Of a DNA stretch of 64,000 nucleotides, positions 12,364-25,809 are shown in pieces (the stretch's first letter is position 1; every line of letters starts with the position of its first letter). A model generated the notes under the pieces. That model did no database searches and was not told the origin of the DNA. It saw only the letters and a list, made by a program, of their open reading frames with translations. The position numbers and the translations under genes are program-made. Source of the DNA: Leucoraja erinacea (lineage: Eukaryota); the NCBI RefSeq assembly GCF_028641065.1, contig NC_073402.1, forward strand, positions 22,444,001 to 22,508,000, given 5' to 3'.

Positions 12364-12834
12364 GTAAGCAACATTTTCATGTCATTAGTGAGTTGAGGAC
12401 CCATAGTAAAGGAAGAGCTTTGCACCCTGATGATCCCAAAGGAAGATCATTGGGGAAGATGGACTTAATCCCTTGCTGCCACTTAGTTTGAGGAATCTGT
12501 CACCACTGATGGTTACCTTGGCAAGGCAGGACACTAAACAGAGCCTTCCATTTGGGTGTATAGAGCACTGATGGTGGTTCATGATTACAGGGTCTCAGCC
12601 TCGGCTGTGGGAATATTTCATGGCTTTTGGCCTTCTATCATGGGGAAGTTGTGTTGTTCCAACTTTACTCTGTAAATTGCCCCTAACGTGTAGGGAGTGC
12701 GATAATGTAGATCGGATGTGAATGGGTGTTCGATGATCGGCATGTGCTTGGTGGATCAAAGGGCCTATTTTCAGTATCTCTTAACTAAATGTCAGGTTCT
12801 CATCTAACAATAATATTTATTTGGTTATTTCCAG

Positions 12835-13006
12835 GACAATGATGAATGTGAGGAATGGGAGAGACATGAAGCATTCTATGAGGATGTTACCACCCAGGAT
12901 CGGTCAAAAGAACGACTGTATGAGGAAGAGATTGAGCTGAAATGGGAGAAAGGAGGTTCTGGCCTTGTGTTTTACACAGATGCACAGTATTGGCAAGAGA
13001 AAAAAG
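12835..13006 (+). CDS. GPATCH3: GPATCH3 exon 3
   Basis: DNDECEEWERHEAFYEDVTTQDRSKERLYEEEIELKWEKGGSGLVFYTDAQYWQE. Confidence 0.9.
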
Positions 13007-13128
13007 GTAGGATGTGGCACAGTGTGTTTTTTTGACCAGAGACTTGGGATGGTTGAGATCAGGATATGATGCGGGCAGGAGATTCGGGCAAATTGGTTTG
13101 CTTAAGATTGGCATGCTCTATCTTTCAG

Positions 13129-13206
13129 ATTTTGATGAGGAGACAGCAGATGACTGGGATGTCGATATGAGTGTTTACTACAACAAAGGACGATCAGGAG
13201 AACATG
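13129..13206 (+). CDS. GPATCH3: GPATCH3 exon 4
   Basis: DFDEETADDWDVDMSVYYNKGRSGEH; donor G|GTAATT (3' boundary less certain). Confidence 0.8.
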
Positions 13207-14062
13207 GTAATTTATAAATTTATCATCTGTTTGATGTGTGATACCAATATGGCATTGCATAATCCTGATTCTTTTTGCAGTCCTTTAGAAATGTAACAGA
13301 ACAAAGAAATATCCATCAAATTTAATTGTAAGGCAAACATCTAGATTAGTTTAAAAAAAAAGCATTGAGTATAAATGCAGAGCATCTAGCAAATTATGTT
13401 AGAAATACAATATGTGAGAGATAACGAACCTGCAACTAATTAAAGAGACCTGAGGGGAAGAGGAAAGGGCAGGAAGGAAGCAGAGCTTAAAATCTCTGCC
13501 CTGTATGGCATTATTGAATCTTACATCCTGCCAGATATCTTGTACCTGGTGCATGGGGATTAGGACAAAAGACAAAGTGCTGGAGTAACACAGCGGGTCA
13601 GGCAGCATCTGTGGGGGAATGGACAGGCAGTGTTTCAGTTCAGGGCACTTCTTCAAACTGATTGGGTGGGTGGTATAAGATGGGTGGTGTGTGTGACAAA
13701 GGCTGGAGATGAAAAGGAGACAAAAAAATATCAAATAAGGAGAGAAGAGGAGTGAAATGTAAAGCCAGGAGGAGGGCTATGGGAGGAAACCAGGGGCTTT
13801 GGGAGGAAACCAGTGCGTTAGGAAGGAACCCACATGGTCACAGGGAAAAATGTAAACACCACAAAGACAGAACCCAAGAACACGATGAAACTTGTATCTC
13901 TGGCGCTGTGAGGCAGCAACTCTACTGGCTGTGTCATAGATTGAAGACTCCATGCCTCATCTAAATTGCAACTGTTCAAAGGATTTGGCCTTGGTGGATT
14001 TCTGATGGGGAAAAAAACAACTGTTCCTTTTGTTCCTTAAATTCCTTTTGTATTTTTCATAG

Positions 14063-14184
14063 ATGGAGGTGATAAGGATTCCCAAGATTTTGTGCAGATG
14101 AGGCTGGAGCAACGACTGAGGGAGGGTCTTGAGACCATATCTGTGCAGTCCCCTCGTATTGGAGACTTTGAGCAATACACTAGG
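14063..14184 (+). CDS. GPATCH3: GPATCH3 exon 5
   Basis: DGGDKDSQDFVQMRLEQRLREG…IGDFEQYTR; donor GTAAGC. Confidence 0.9.
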
Positions 14185-15031
14185 GTAAGCATATCAGCTG
14201 CATTGGATGATTCAAAACTATACATAATGGTAACAGATTCTCATGTTTAAATCTATATTTTATGGAACTTTTATTCTGTATCAGCAATAAAAGCTAGTTA
14301 TACCAGAGCATCATTCTGTTGCCATGAACCACAAGACCAGCTACATTATTCAATGCTTGTTTGTGTGGTCATTTCAAATACATTACAAACCAAATAAATC
14401 TACTCAGAATCTTTGCTACAGCAGTGTTGCAATAGCTATTTCCCTTAAAATGTTGTTTCTCACATGCACCATATGAAAAGGAAGAAGAGGCTGCCATTCA
14501 ACCCGCTTATCCAACTCGTACCAAGTGTTATGCTTTTTGAAGTAATATCGGCCCCACAACCACGAAAGGAGATAGATATCCCATTCATTTGGAGCAATGA
14601 TTTTGGTTCATGGATGAATGTTGGTCAGGATATTTTTTAAAGTTTTGCGCTAATTTTCAGAAAAACGCCTTGGGGTCTCATGTGTATGCCTCCTCAGAAG
14701 TGGAATGTTGACAGTTGCTTCATTCATTCTGCAACGGAAAATTCATCTTACTCCTGGCTTACCCCTTGTATATACATTAGCAGTTCGGTGCTGTTTACAA
14801 ACTATTGAACTGAGTTCCTGGAAAGCATAGTTTAAGCATGAGGTGATGTTGAGATTGGTGTTGCAGCATCAGATCATTCAGCTCCCTGTCACAGATACCT
14901 GCCTAGTTTAGTGCTTCTTGTATTTTGACAGGAAAAATAAAACATGGTTACATAATCTGAGTTTATCATCTTGGCTTCCTTTCTTTGGATGTATTGCATG
15001 GATCAATGTGCTCTTTCTATCCCTTTCTCAG

Positions 15032-15159
15032 GGAATTGGCAGGAAAGTGATGGAAAAGCAGGGATGGAAGGATGGTCAAGGCCTTGGCCCCAGCAGCTCC
15101 GGATTAGCTGATGCTCTTGACAACGATGGGCAGAATCCAAAATGCAAGCGAGGATTCGG
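15032..15159 (+). CDS. GPATCH3: GPATCH3 exon 6 (G-patch domain)
   Basis: GIGRKVMEKQGWKDGQGLG…KRGFG G-patch signature. Confidence 0.92.
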
Positions 15160-15576
15160 GTAGGTGATACCAATGACTTTTTGAGTCTGATACAAATGAC
15201 AGTCTTCACTCTGCAGAAGTATCAATTAATAAAGTGCCATTGTTTCAGTATGCTCAATAAACTGACACTATGTGCAGTCGGCAACAGATTGTCACTGTGC
15301 TTTCCTATTAAACGGTCAGTAAAGATTTGTTGCTTTGTATTCCAAACTAATTCTACAGAAGCTGGAAATCTGAAATTAAAATGGAATACTGGAAATACTC
15401 AGCAGATTGAGCCGGGTAGATGCAAAATGTGCTGTGACAGAGCTTTAGTCCAACACAGAGATGCTGCTATGGTATCACCTGAAGTTCCTGTTGCTAATCA
15501 GAAATGTGAACTTTTACATCTTTTACATTTAAATATCCTCTTATGTTTTTTTTTGCTGCTTTGACACCCTGTGCAG

Positions 15577-15772
15577 GTATCATGGAGAAAGAATTCAGAA
15601 CTTTCTGCCGATTAAGAAATTTTGTCGACAGCCCAGACACCAGATTTCAACTGTGTATGACCAACCTGAGGAGATAGACCAGGGTGACACCCTGCTCCGA
15701 AGACAGCCAGTGACCAGCATGAAGTACAGAGAGGACGTAAAGTTTATTAAAGCAAAAGTCCGCAAACATTAA
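15577..15772 (+). CDS. GPATCH3: GPATCH3 exon 7 (last coding exon)
   Basis: YHGERIQ…ISTVYDQP…LLRRQPVTSMKYR…TAA. Total CDS 1467 nt = 488 aa. Confidence 0.9.
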
Positions 15773-18299
15773 CTCAGTGGCGTTTTACATCTTCTGGTGC
15801 ATCCCAGGTGGAAGCTAGTTTTGTGAATGATGATGGTAGATTCTGTTTTTTAACCTTTCGATGAGGTAGCAAAGAGCCTCTTTAGCCACTGTCTCACAGT
15901 TGTAGAGACCCAGGTCCAGTTCTGACTTCGGATGCTGCCTGTGAGTTTGCCTATTATTTCTGTGACCGCAGGGGTTTTCACCCGACAGTCTGATTTCTCC
16001 CACAGCCCAAAGATGTGAGGTTTGTAGATTAATTGGTCACTGTAAATTGCACCCAGTGTGCAGGTGACTGGGAAAATCTAGGGTGTGTTGAAGAAAATGT
16101 GGGCAACAAAATGGAATTTATGTAAGATATGTGGAAAATGTAACATTGATGTGGACTCAATGGGCTGAAGAACCGGTTTCATACAGATCTCTATATGACT
16201 ACAAGGTCTTCTGTAATCTGGGGAACCCCTGCTTTACCAATAGTGGTTTGACCGGGTAATGTGGTTCCAAGGACTACAGATACTATTTCTATATCCCATA
16301 AGAAGGGATAACATTCTGGGTTCAAATGCCAGATGGTTTCTTCTGGTTTTCTTTGTCCTCAGTCTGAACAGTTTAATTTGATTAAAGTGTTGCCATTTTC
16401 TTGCATAATTAAACAGCATGTATTATAGGACTGGCCACTTCAACAATATTATGTGGATCCTTGTATAAGGGTCTGAGAATTGTACTAGCACATCATTTCA
16501 TACAATTGCTTGAGCTCGAATTTCCAGCTCTTTGTGTGTGTGGAGAAATGTATGTAATCCATTTTCATTATTTCTGTCCCTTTGCACGTGCCTTTAAGGC
16601 TTTCCGCAAATCCTTCATAAATTATCTTGGTTCACCTTTCATAAATGTGGGCATTAACAAATGTACAGGTGTTCCTTTGTGTCTCTCGGTGAACTGTTTA
16701 ATACGGGGAATGCCTTGTTGTTTGTTATGCTTCCCCACCTAATAGCTATTTGTATTGGGGCTAGGGGAAGCCTCTTGTGTAATTTTGTGATTATGTTCTC
16801 CTAACTTTCATAATTCAATTCATTTCTTCCACTTTACTGGAGGACTGAGGATAATAGCTCAAGTTGCACATCCTTTCTAATGCTAAATGTTTCACAGAAG
16901 TATGCATGGCATATCCCATAAAATGGCACATTTGATTCAGTTTCACTACCTTCACTACGTTTACTGATAGCTTTTACTGTAGTCAATGCCATTGCTGCCT
17001 TGTGCGGGACAACCGTTAAATTAAGGTTTCGACAGTGCAGGCAGAACGCGTTGCTTTACTTGGTAATTGACACCTGATCGGGTCTGATTTGAACACACAG
17101 CAATGATCCCTTGATTGTTTGTATGTGGATAAATGCATGATCTCCCTGTGGGGGCCAGCATTTTCTGTATCTCTTTCCACATAACTTGAACCATCGACAA
17201 AAATTGTCTTTTTCTCAGGACATTTTACTTTAAAATCTTTTGTTTCCCACATTTCCTCTAATTATGGGCTTCAGTTTGCTGCCAAATTTAGTCCAAAGTG
17301 TTATTTACAGTCCTTGCACTTCCCCCAAGCTAAGCCAGCAAATGTGGTCACAATCTGAGGGAAGCTCACAGACGAGCAGAGTCTGTGGTATCATACTATG
17401 GTATGAGCTGCTATCCAGCCATTCTTTCTTACCTCACTACTCAACCAGTTCTCCCAAGTCAAATCAAGTGGCCAATATGAATCACAATAGGGTCACTTTC
17501 ATATTTCTAACCTTAATCAAGGGTTGGACATGTGAGCTCATCTTTCACACCTGAGATATGTATATGTTAAATATTTCATTACTCTAAAATTGATCATGTA
17601 CATTGTTTTGTATGATAGGGAGAAACCTTAGAACCAAGTGTCCATCCATTCTTACTATGGGAATAGTATTGTAATTATAAACTTGTTTACATAAATAAGA
17701 AAGTTATAATTGTTTAATTGAAGAGAAAGATATTTTGTACACTTTTTTAAAAAATAAATATTTATTTAACTTTAATAGAAACAGTGTAATCATTAAGAGT
17801 CAAATAATCAATAAAATATTGCAAGATATTTTACATTACACCATGACCGTGTGAAAAAAGTAGCCCCCACTCATCTCCTTTGAATCTCACCTTAAAGCTA
17901 TGCCCTCTAGTCTTTGATATTTCTACCCTGAGAAATTATTCTGGCTGTCACACCTATCTATGCCTCAAACTACAATAAGATAACCATAGTGTAACAAATT
18001 AAAAATAAAACCCTTGAAGAAGTCCCATATAAGAGCTTAACGTGCAAAGCTAAAGCACCCGAGATGTGGGATAACATATTTAATTGTTAATTGGTTTGAC
18101 AGACGGGAAACAAAGAATAGGAAGAAGCTGGGCTTTCTCAGAGTGGCAGTGGTGACTGAGCAGGTGCTGCAGGGAAGTTATTTAGAAATATACATCAATA
18201 AATTCAGTAAGAAAACAAAGTGTAATAATCCTAAATTCCCAACAAGATGAAACGGTAGGACTGAGAGTTTTGGAAGTAGTATCAAGTTGTTAGACTCGT

Positions 18300-18669
18300 T
18301 CAAAATTCTTAAGGAGTTGGACAGGCTAGATGCAGGAAGATTGCTCCCGATGTTGGGGAAGTCCAGGACAAGGGGTCACAGCTTAAGGATAAGGGGGAAA
18401 TCCTTTAAAACTGAGATGAGAAGAACTTTTTTCACACAGAGAGTGGTGAATCTCTGAAACTCTCTGCCGCAGAGGGTAGTCGAGGCCAGTTCATTGGCTA
18501 TATTTAAGAGGGAGTTAGATGTGGCCCTTGTGGCTAAGGGGATCAGAGGGTATGGAGAGAAGGCAGGTACGGGATACTGAGTTGGATGATCGGCCATGAT
18601 CATATTGAATGGCGGTGCAGGCTCGAAGGGCCGAATGGCCTACTCCTGCACCTAATTTCTATGTTTCTA
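18300..18669 (+). mobile_element. CR1 LINE 3' fragment (young)
   Basis: Near-identical to the 6720 and 61404 copies. Confidence 0.85.
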
Positions 18670-19792
18670 AAGAGTAGGCAAATATATGGCAGATGCTGTA
18701 TAACATGGAAAAATGTAGTTAAACATTTCAATACGAAAATTAAAAAATAATTAATAAAATGAGACACAAGAAACTGCAGATGCTGAAGTACAAAGTGCTG
18801 GTGTAACTAAGCTGGTCAGGCAGCATCCGTGGAAGGAATGGATAGGTAACGTTTCAGGTGTGGACCGTTCTTCAGACTGATTTTAGGAAGGGAGAGAAAG
18901 TTGGAAAAGAGGTGGGGGCCTGGCAATTGATAGGTGGATACACGTGTGAGGGATTTGATTGGCAGATGGGTGAACAAAGTGTAGAGATAAAAAGGAGACA
19001 AAGGAGGCTCAGGTAAGTAGAGGAGTGAAGTGTAAAATTGTTTGCACTATATTGTTTCTATATATTGAACTTCCTTTTGTTTATTATGGTGTTTACTGAG
19101 TACTATGGTTACGAGTAGGAAGGAACTGCAGATGCTGGTTTAAACCGAAGGCCGACCTGGAGCAACTTAGTGGGACAGGCAGCATCTCTGGAGAGGAATG
19201 GATGACGTTTCAGATCGAGTCTGAAGAAGGGTCTCGACCTAAAAAATCCCCATTCCTTCTCCCCAGAGATGCTGCCTGTCCCGCTGTTACTTCAGCTTTT
19301 AGTGTCTAACTATGATTAGTACGTATCGGTTGTGCTACTGTGGGTAAGATTGTCGTTGTTCCCTTTCGCGACATATGACAATAAAACACTATTAATTTTA
19401 TACACACTTAAATTGTGGAAGAGCAGGAAGCAGCGAATAACGGTATTTCATAAATGTTGGTAGTACAGTATTTCCAAATTTTTGAACAATGCCAGACTTT
19501 TTTTATCAGCATTCATCTTCTCTCCAGGTGCTGCCTGTCCCACTGAATTACTCCAACATTTTGTGGCTATCTTCGATGCAAACCAGTTGATTCCCACACA
19601 TTTATCTGTCTAGTGGCCACAGCGATTGGCCTCTATAAAATTGCCCCTAGTGTATAAACATAGAAAATAGATGGAGGAGTAGGCATTCAGCCCTTCGAGC
19701 CCATGGCTGATCATCCAAAATCAGTACCCTGCTTTTTCCACATATCACTTTATTCCATTAGCCCTTAGACCTAAATCTAACACTCTCCAGGG

Positions 19793-20005
19793 CAAGGGTT
19801 TCCAACCTGGGGTAAATTTACCCCCCAGAGGGTAAATATCGCCTACCCTGGGGGTGAATTTATTGATTCTCGATTTTTACATATTTTTTCTCATTGACTG
19901 ACTGTGTTTAGTTCTGGTATACCGGCATCATTAGTTCATAAATAAGTGAAATAACATTGTTATGTGCTATTAAAGTTGCCTGGGGTAAAAGGTTGGGAAC
20001 CCCTG
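19793..20005. mobile_element. hAT (Charlie-like) MITE
   Basis: TIRs caagggtttccaacct and aggttgggaacccctg; 8-bp flanks ctccaggg and ctctagag (NTCTAGAN-type target). Confidence 0.75.
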
Positions 20006-20229
20006 CTCTAGAGAGTGTGGGAATAACAGAACTAGTTGTTTTATGAATAACATGGAAGTAGGGTGATTTGTAGGGCGCCAACTGAGGCCGCACTGAACCC
20101 ACTCCGGCAGTGGGCTGAAGAAGGGTCTCGACCCATCCATTCTCTCAAGAGATGCAGAATTACTCCGGCATTTTGTGTCTGTCTTCGGTGTCAACCCAAA
20201 CCAACATCTGCAAACCAACAGTTGCTTCT

Positions 20230-20530
20230 TCCACACTCCGCCCGTGGAGGTAGCACGGCGCACGCGCGGGAATGAGAGGGGGGGAGGGCACGCATGCTCA
20301 ATGGCGCCAGCGCGGCCTGGGCCTTGGCAACGGATGCTGCTCAGGGAAGGCGGCGGGAGCGAGAGCGAGAGCGAGAGATGGCTTTCCGTCGGTAGGTGCG
20401 CACTCTCGCAAGCTCTTCAGCACAGGTTGCTGTCTGTGAAAAGCGGGAAGCCACAACCAGCCGAGGCGGAGGTCCGGGGTTACAGCAGTGGCCAGGGCGA
20501 CCGGTAGCTATTGCGCTGCAGTGGGGTGAG
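20230..20530 (+). promoter_or_regulatory. CpG island with probable non-coding first exon of GPN2
   Basis: CpG-rich with NRF1- and YY1-like motifs; candidate donors CG|GTAGGT at 20392 and GG|GTGAGT at 20526; acceptor ttttctctgttccAG at 22415-22416. Confidence 0.6.
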
Positions 20531-20966
20531 TGGGGCAGCGAGGAACCTTCGGGAATCAAGAGAGTCAATAAGTGTTTTATTGTTATAAGTCCCCAAACGG
20601 AACAATGACAATCTTACTCGAATGTGCGGTATCCGGCCATGGGACCGCAACTCCAGTGCAAAAACAGAAACTATCGGAAATATAATAAACACATGTGTTT
20701 ATATATTAAAATTATATTACTTTATTAATATAATGCGACATAGGTAGGATAATTGGTCTCTATAAAATTGCCCTTAGTGTGTAGGGAGTAGATGTGAACC
20801 TCATCCGCTGAGTTTCTCCAGCACTTTTGTTTACCTTCGATTTTCCAGCATCTGCAGTTCCTTCTTAAACATAACATGGAACCTGTTGTTTTATGATAAC
20901 GTAGAACTGGAGGAATAACATAGAACTAGGGCGATTGATGGGTGGCGTGGGCTGAAAGCCTGTTTC

Positions 20967-21195
20967 CATAGAAACATAGAAAATAGGTGCAGGAATAGGC
21001 CATTCGGCCCTTCGAGCCTGCACCGCCATTCAATATGATCATGGCTGATCATCCAACTCAGTATCCTGTACCTGCTTTCTCTCCATACCCCCTGATCCCT
21101 TTAGCCACAAGCGCCACATCTAACTCCCTCTTAAATATAGCCAATGAACTGGCCTCAACTACATTCTGTGGCAGAGAATTCCAGAGATTCACCAC
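20967..21195 (-). mobile_element. CR1 LINE 3' fragment
   Basis: catagaaacatagaaa tail with a reverse-strand CR1 3' end. Confidence 0.8.
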
Positions 21196-21497
21196 CATTC
21201 TGTATCACTAAACTAAACTCAGCACTTGAAGTAGTTATGGGGACTGAGAGTGAATGTTACAAGTTGGTAGTGTACAAATTGGAGCAGGAGTAATTTTCCC
21301 TGATAGCTTGCTCAACAAGATCATGGCTCCTCCAGTTTTAGCTTAAAAACCACTTTCCTCGCGTGCTCCTTGCCACTCATGTAGGTAGTTCAAATGTTTG
21401 CTGACTTGCCTGGAATATAGTTAATGACCTGCCTTCACAACTGTTTGGCAAAGAGAATTCCAAAGTGACCATTCCAATCAAAGGCGTGACAAAAGGT

Positions 21498-21713
21498 AGA
21501 CACAAAATGCTGGAATAACTCAGCGGGTGAGGTAGCATCTATGGAGAGAAGGAATTGGCGACATTTCGGGTCGAGACCCTTCTTCTAAAGTCTGAAGAAC
21601 CCGAAACGTTGCCAATTCCTTCTTTCCATAGATGCTGCCTCACCCGCTGAGTTACTCCAGCATTTTGTGTCTCCCTTTGATTTTACCAGGATCTGCAGTT
21701 CTTTCTTAAATGT
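21498..21713. mobile_element. Foldback (palindromic) Penelope pLTR-derived mini-element
   Basis: Inverted arms of about 74 bp; 12-bp TSD gtgacaaaaggt at 21486-21497 and 21714-21725. Confidence 0.75.
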
Positions 21714-22456
21714 GTGACAAAAGGTCCTGGCCTGAAACATCACTGAAGATAGACACAAAATGCTGGAGTAACGTAACGTCTCATTTGGCTCCTCCATTCA
21801 AACCTGAAACATCACCTGTCCATTCCCTTGAAAGATGCAGCCTAACCTGCTGCGTTCCTCCAGTATTTTGTGTTTTGCGCAAGATCCCAGCACCTGCGGT
21901 TCCTTGTGCCTCCAATAAAATAAATTAATCTTATCTCTACCTTATTGATGATCTAAAAAGTCAACTGTTTTTTTGTGCATTATTTGCTGAGTACTTCTGA
22001 CATTTTTAATTTGCAAAATTGTTCTGAAATTTTGTGGATCACACGTTTGGTCTTGTTGGGGAAAAGGTAACACAGAATTTTGAAACATTAGGAGATAAAA
22101 CAAAGCCACGGCGTCTGAGCCAGGTTTGTGCAAGTCCTGTGTATTTTCTTTCCAGATCCCAATAAACTTTCTCCTTAATTATTTATACATTTCTTCTCGA
22201 ACATAACTATTGAATCTGGTTACATTGTCCATTTAGTAAGTGCATTCAGATCTCAACAATTGACATCATGCCCTCTGGTATAAATGATCAAATTGTCACA
22301 ATGAAATTTGAATTTGTGTTCATTAACAATTTGAATTTGTGTCCACTAACAGCCACATCATTGTTTACCTCACTGCCAGCAATTCACACTGGTTGAGTGA
22401 CTTTTCTCTGTTCCAGGCCTGTGGAGCTATAATGAGCACCTGGAGATACGATTAGG

Positions 22457-22873
22457 ATGGCAGAAGAGAACAGGCGTGCCATGGTAACTTTTGGCCAGGT
22501 GGTTATTGGGCCACCTGGCTCGGGGAAGACCACCTACTGTGCAGGGATGCAAGAATTCCTTACTAAACTGGGCCGCAAAGTTGCAGTAGTGAACCTGGAC
22601 CCTGCCAATGACCTCATTCCTTACCAATGTTGTGTGGACATTGCGGAACTGGTGAAGCTTGATGATGTTATGGATGGTCTTGGTCTGGGGCCCAATGGAG
22701 GACTTATTTACTGCATGGAATACCTAGAGGCAAACCTGGACTGGCTACAGGAGAAGATGCAACAGTTCAAGGACTATTATTTCCTATTTGATTGTCCTGG
22801 TCAGGTGGAACTGTACACTCACAATTGTTCTGTACGAAACATCCTTGCACAATTAGCCAAATGGAATTTCAGG
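22457..22873 (+). CDS. GPN2: GPN-loop GTPase 2, coding exon 1
   Basis: [10 protein letters not shown]-loop, NLDPAN, GLGPNGG (GPN motif), DCPGQVELY; donor AGG|GTGAGT. Confidence 0.95.
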
Positions 22874-24317
22874 GTGAGTTCACATTTGTACATGACAGAT
22901 TGAGGGACCTAGTTGGACAGTTAACATTTGCAGAGGAAACATCCAATGCTTCAGAGGTGACGATGAAAGTTATATTTGAAGTCATAGTCACAGTCATACA
23001 GCACGGAACAGGCACTTTGACACAACTTGCCCAGGCCAACCAAGATGCCCTATCTACACATGTCAAACCTGCCCATGTTTCGCCAATAACCTAAATCTTT
23101 CCTATTCATGTAGCTGTCCATGTGTATTTTATATGTTGTTATAGTACCTGCCTCATCTACCTCCTCTGGCATCTCATTCCCACCACTCTCCGAGTCAAAA
23201 AGTTGTCTCTCAGGTTCCTATTAGATCTTTCAACTTTCACCTTAAACTTTTATGTTCTCTGGTTCTTGATTCCCCTACCCTGGGTAAAATACTCAGTGCA
23301 TTTACCCTATCTATTCCTGTCATGATCATATACACTTCTCTACAAGATCACCCCTCAGCCTCCTGCTCTTTCTAGCTTAACAAGATTCTTCCTATAGCAG
23401 GGTGAAGTATTACTTGTTTCCTGCTCACTTTGATGTACCCCCAGCTTCCGTATTCCCTTCCCAGGTGTTTGTTAGATTGCAGCTGACTTGATACAGCATT
23501 GCGGCTTAAAGGTCATGTTATAGATCCTACAGTATTCAGTCAATTTCCAGGGTTCTTATACAGGCATGTAGCACAGAAACACAGTCTCCAGCCCACCATG
23601 TCAATGCCGACCATCAAATGCATATCTACGTTAATCTAATTTAGCAGCACTTTGTCTGTGGCCTACTATTCCTTGGCAATCCAACCGCTGGTCGAGTTGC
23701 TTCTGAAAAGTTGTGAGGGTTCCCACCTCCATCACTTTCTCAGGTGCTGTGATTGCAGCCACTTTCTGGGCGAAAACATTCTTCCTCTGTCTGTCAAAAT
23801 CACTCACTCCCCACCTTAAACCTACTCTCCCTGGTCTTAGATGCCTCTACTCTGGAGAAAAGTTTCTGAGGAATCACATCATTTTTAATTTGTATACCAA
23901 CATCAGGTATACCCTCAGCCTTCTCTGCTCCAAGGAAAACAAATCCATCTTATCCAGTATTTCCTCATAACTGAAATATTCAATCCAGCCTGGTGAATCT
24001 ATTCTGAACCCTCTCCAGTGTAATCATATCTTTCCTATAGTGTAGTAACCATAACTGGACACAGTTCCAGCTGTAGTCTCACCAATGTTTTATAAAATGA
24101 TACCAAGACCTCCCTGCATTTACTTTCTGTACCCCAGTTAATTAAGCTAACCACCCTCTTTATTGTTCAGCTTTATAGGCTAGAAGGAAGGTTAAAGACA
24201 AATTACCAGATTGTATCTCAAGGGAGTAGTGAAGTTTAGATAATTTTTCATTACAACCTTTACTGCATTGTCTGAAATCATGCACAGACAACACAATTCC
24301 AGATATCTTTACAAATA

Positions 24318-24682
24318 CAGTGAACCCTCACAATAACAGACCTCTACATAACGGATTCCAGTTATAGCGGACCAAGGCTCCCATTGTACAGCCCCACACT
24401 TCCACCAGGTTACCCACTGGGTTGGCTTCACACAATGTGCTTCTGGTTGCGGGAGCAGAGAGAGCAAACAGCATGAATACCAGTCCCGTTCCGGGCGTGT
24501 GGGGCTGGGACCGATGGCTCTCGTTGCTGTTAATTCTCACATTCTTGTTTCTGCCCAACGCCGTGTTTTCTCCCTCCCGGCCTTGGGTTGAACTTTAAAC
24601 CCCCCCCCTCCCCCTGACTTGGTTATAGCAGACAATCAGCAATAACATACACCCCCCTCCCCATTATTGTGAGGGTTCACTA
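24318..24682. mobile_element. Tc1/mariner (pogo/Tigger-like) MITE
   Basis: TA|CAGTGAACCCTCACAATAA at one end and TTATTGTGAGGGTTCACT at the other form inverted termini. Confidence 0.75.
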
Positions 24683-25360
24683 CTTCATATCCAGTATAAG
24701 TTGCCATTCGAGGAAAGGGACATGTGTTTGCAATTATATGGTCCAGGCCTGAATACTTTACACAAAGTCCATTATTTGCGAGGGTTAGGATCATGTATCA
24801 GAAGGTTTAATGATTAAACAAATCCAACAGATGCCATTAAAGCTATTGGGAACAACACTCAGGCTGCAATGACAGAGGATTGCCAACCTCTCCATGGCTA
24901 TAAAATCTTCCAGCTTGTAAAACATGCAAGTAGTCAGGACCCTATCTCTGGCTGCAAATCTGTCCACGTTCCTGACATTTGGTGTCCACAACCCTGATCC
25001 CGGCTGCACACTGACTGGTCATGTTACTACTTGTCAGTACAAGATATCAAAAGCAATCCAGCTCATGGCAGTCAGGGTCACCAAACACGAGAGGAGGGAT
25101 TTCTGGAGGAACTTCACGAGGTTGTGGATCCACTCACTCGTGAAGTCTGGATTTGGATGATTCCAAGCATTAAGTCAGATGATTCCAAGCACTTGATGTA
25201 TTCTTTAAACTGTAGATGTGATCAAAAGATCCCACAAATCAGGAATGTACTGCCATCGCCGAGCAATATGCTTTTAGCCTGGAGTAAAGAAATGCATACT
25301 GAGCCCAGTAAAGAAACATTACATTGACCTTGTGTAAATCTGATTTATGTTGTCCTGTAG

Positions 25361-25517
25361 TTAACAGCTGTTCACTTGGTGGATTCTCATTACTGCACCG
25401 ATCCAGCAAAGTTCATCTCTGTACTCTGCACATCCTTGTCTACAATGCTGCACATGGAGCTGCCGCATGTTAATGTCCTCTCCAAAATGGATCTGATTGA
25501 AAAGTTTGGGAAAATAG
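25361..25517 (+). CDS. GPN2: GPN2 coding exon 2
   Basis: [22 protein letters not shown]…[13 protein letters not shown] (G4 motif SKxD). Confidence 0.93.
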
Positions 25518-25809
25518 GTACGGCTATTTGGTCTCTGGGTCTGCCGGTAAGAATTTGGGAGGAGGTCTGGAGTTAATATTAAACCAAAAATTGCTTCTCA
25601 ATTTTAACTTTCGGTCCAAAATTCAGTCTTCAATTTTTGAATTTGATAAATTGACAATTGGAAATATTTTTGTTTCTGTTCATTCACTAATCATATCAAA
25701 ATAATTATTCACAAATGTGATAGGAGCTTTGACAGAGAAGGAGACTTCACAGAAGCAATGGGTTAACAGATTTGTGGGTATTCATTGTACCTGTGTTTTT
25801 TTTTTAAAG

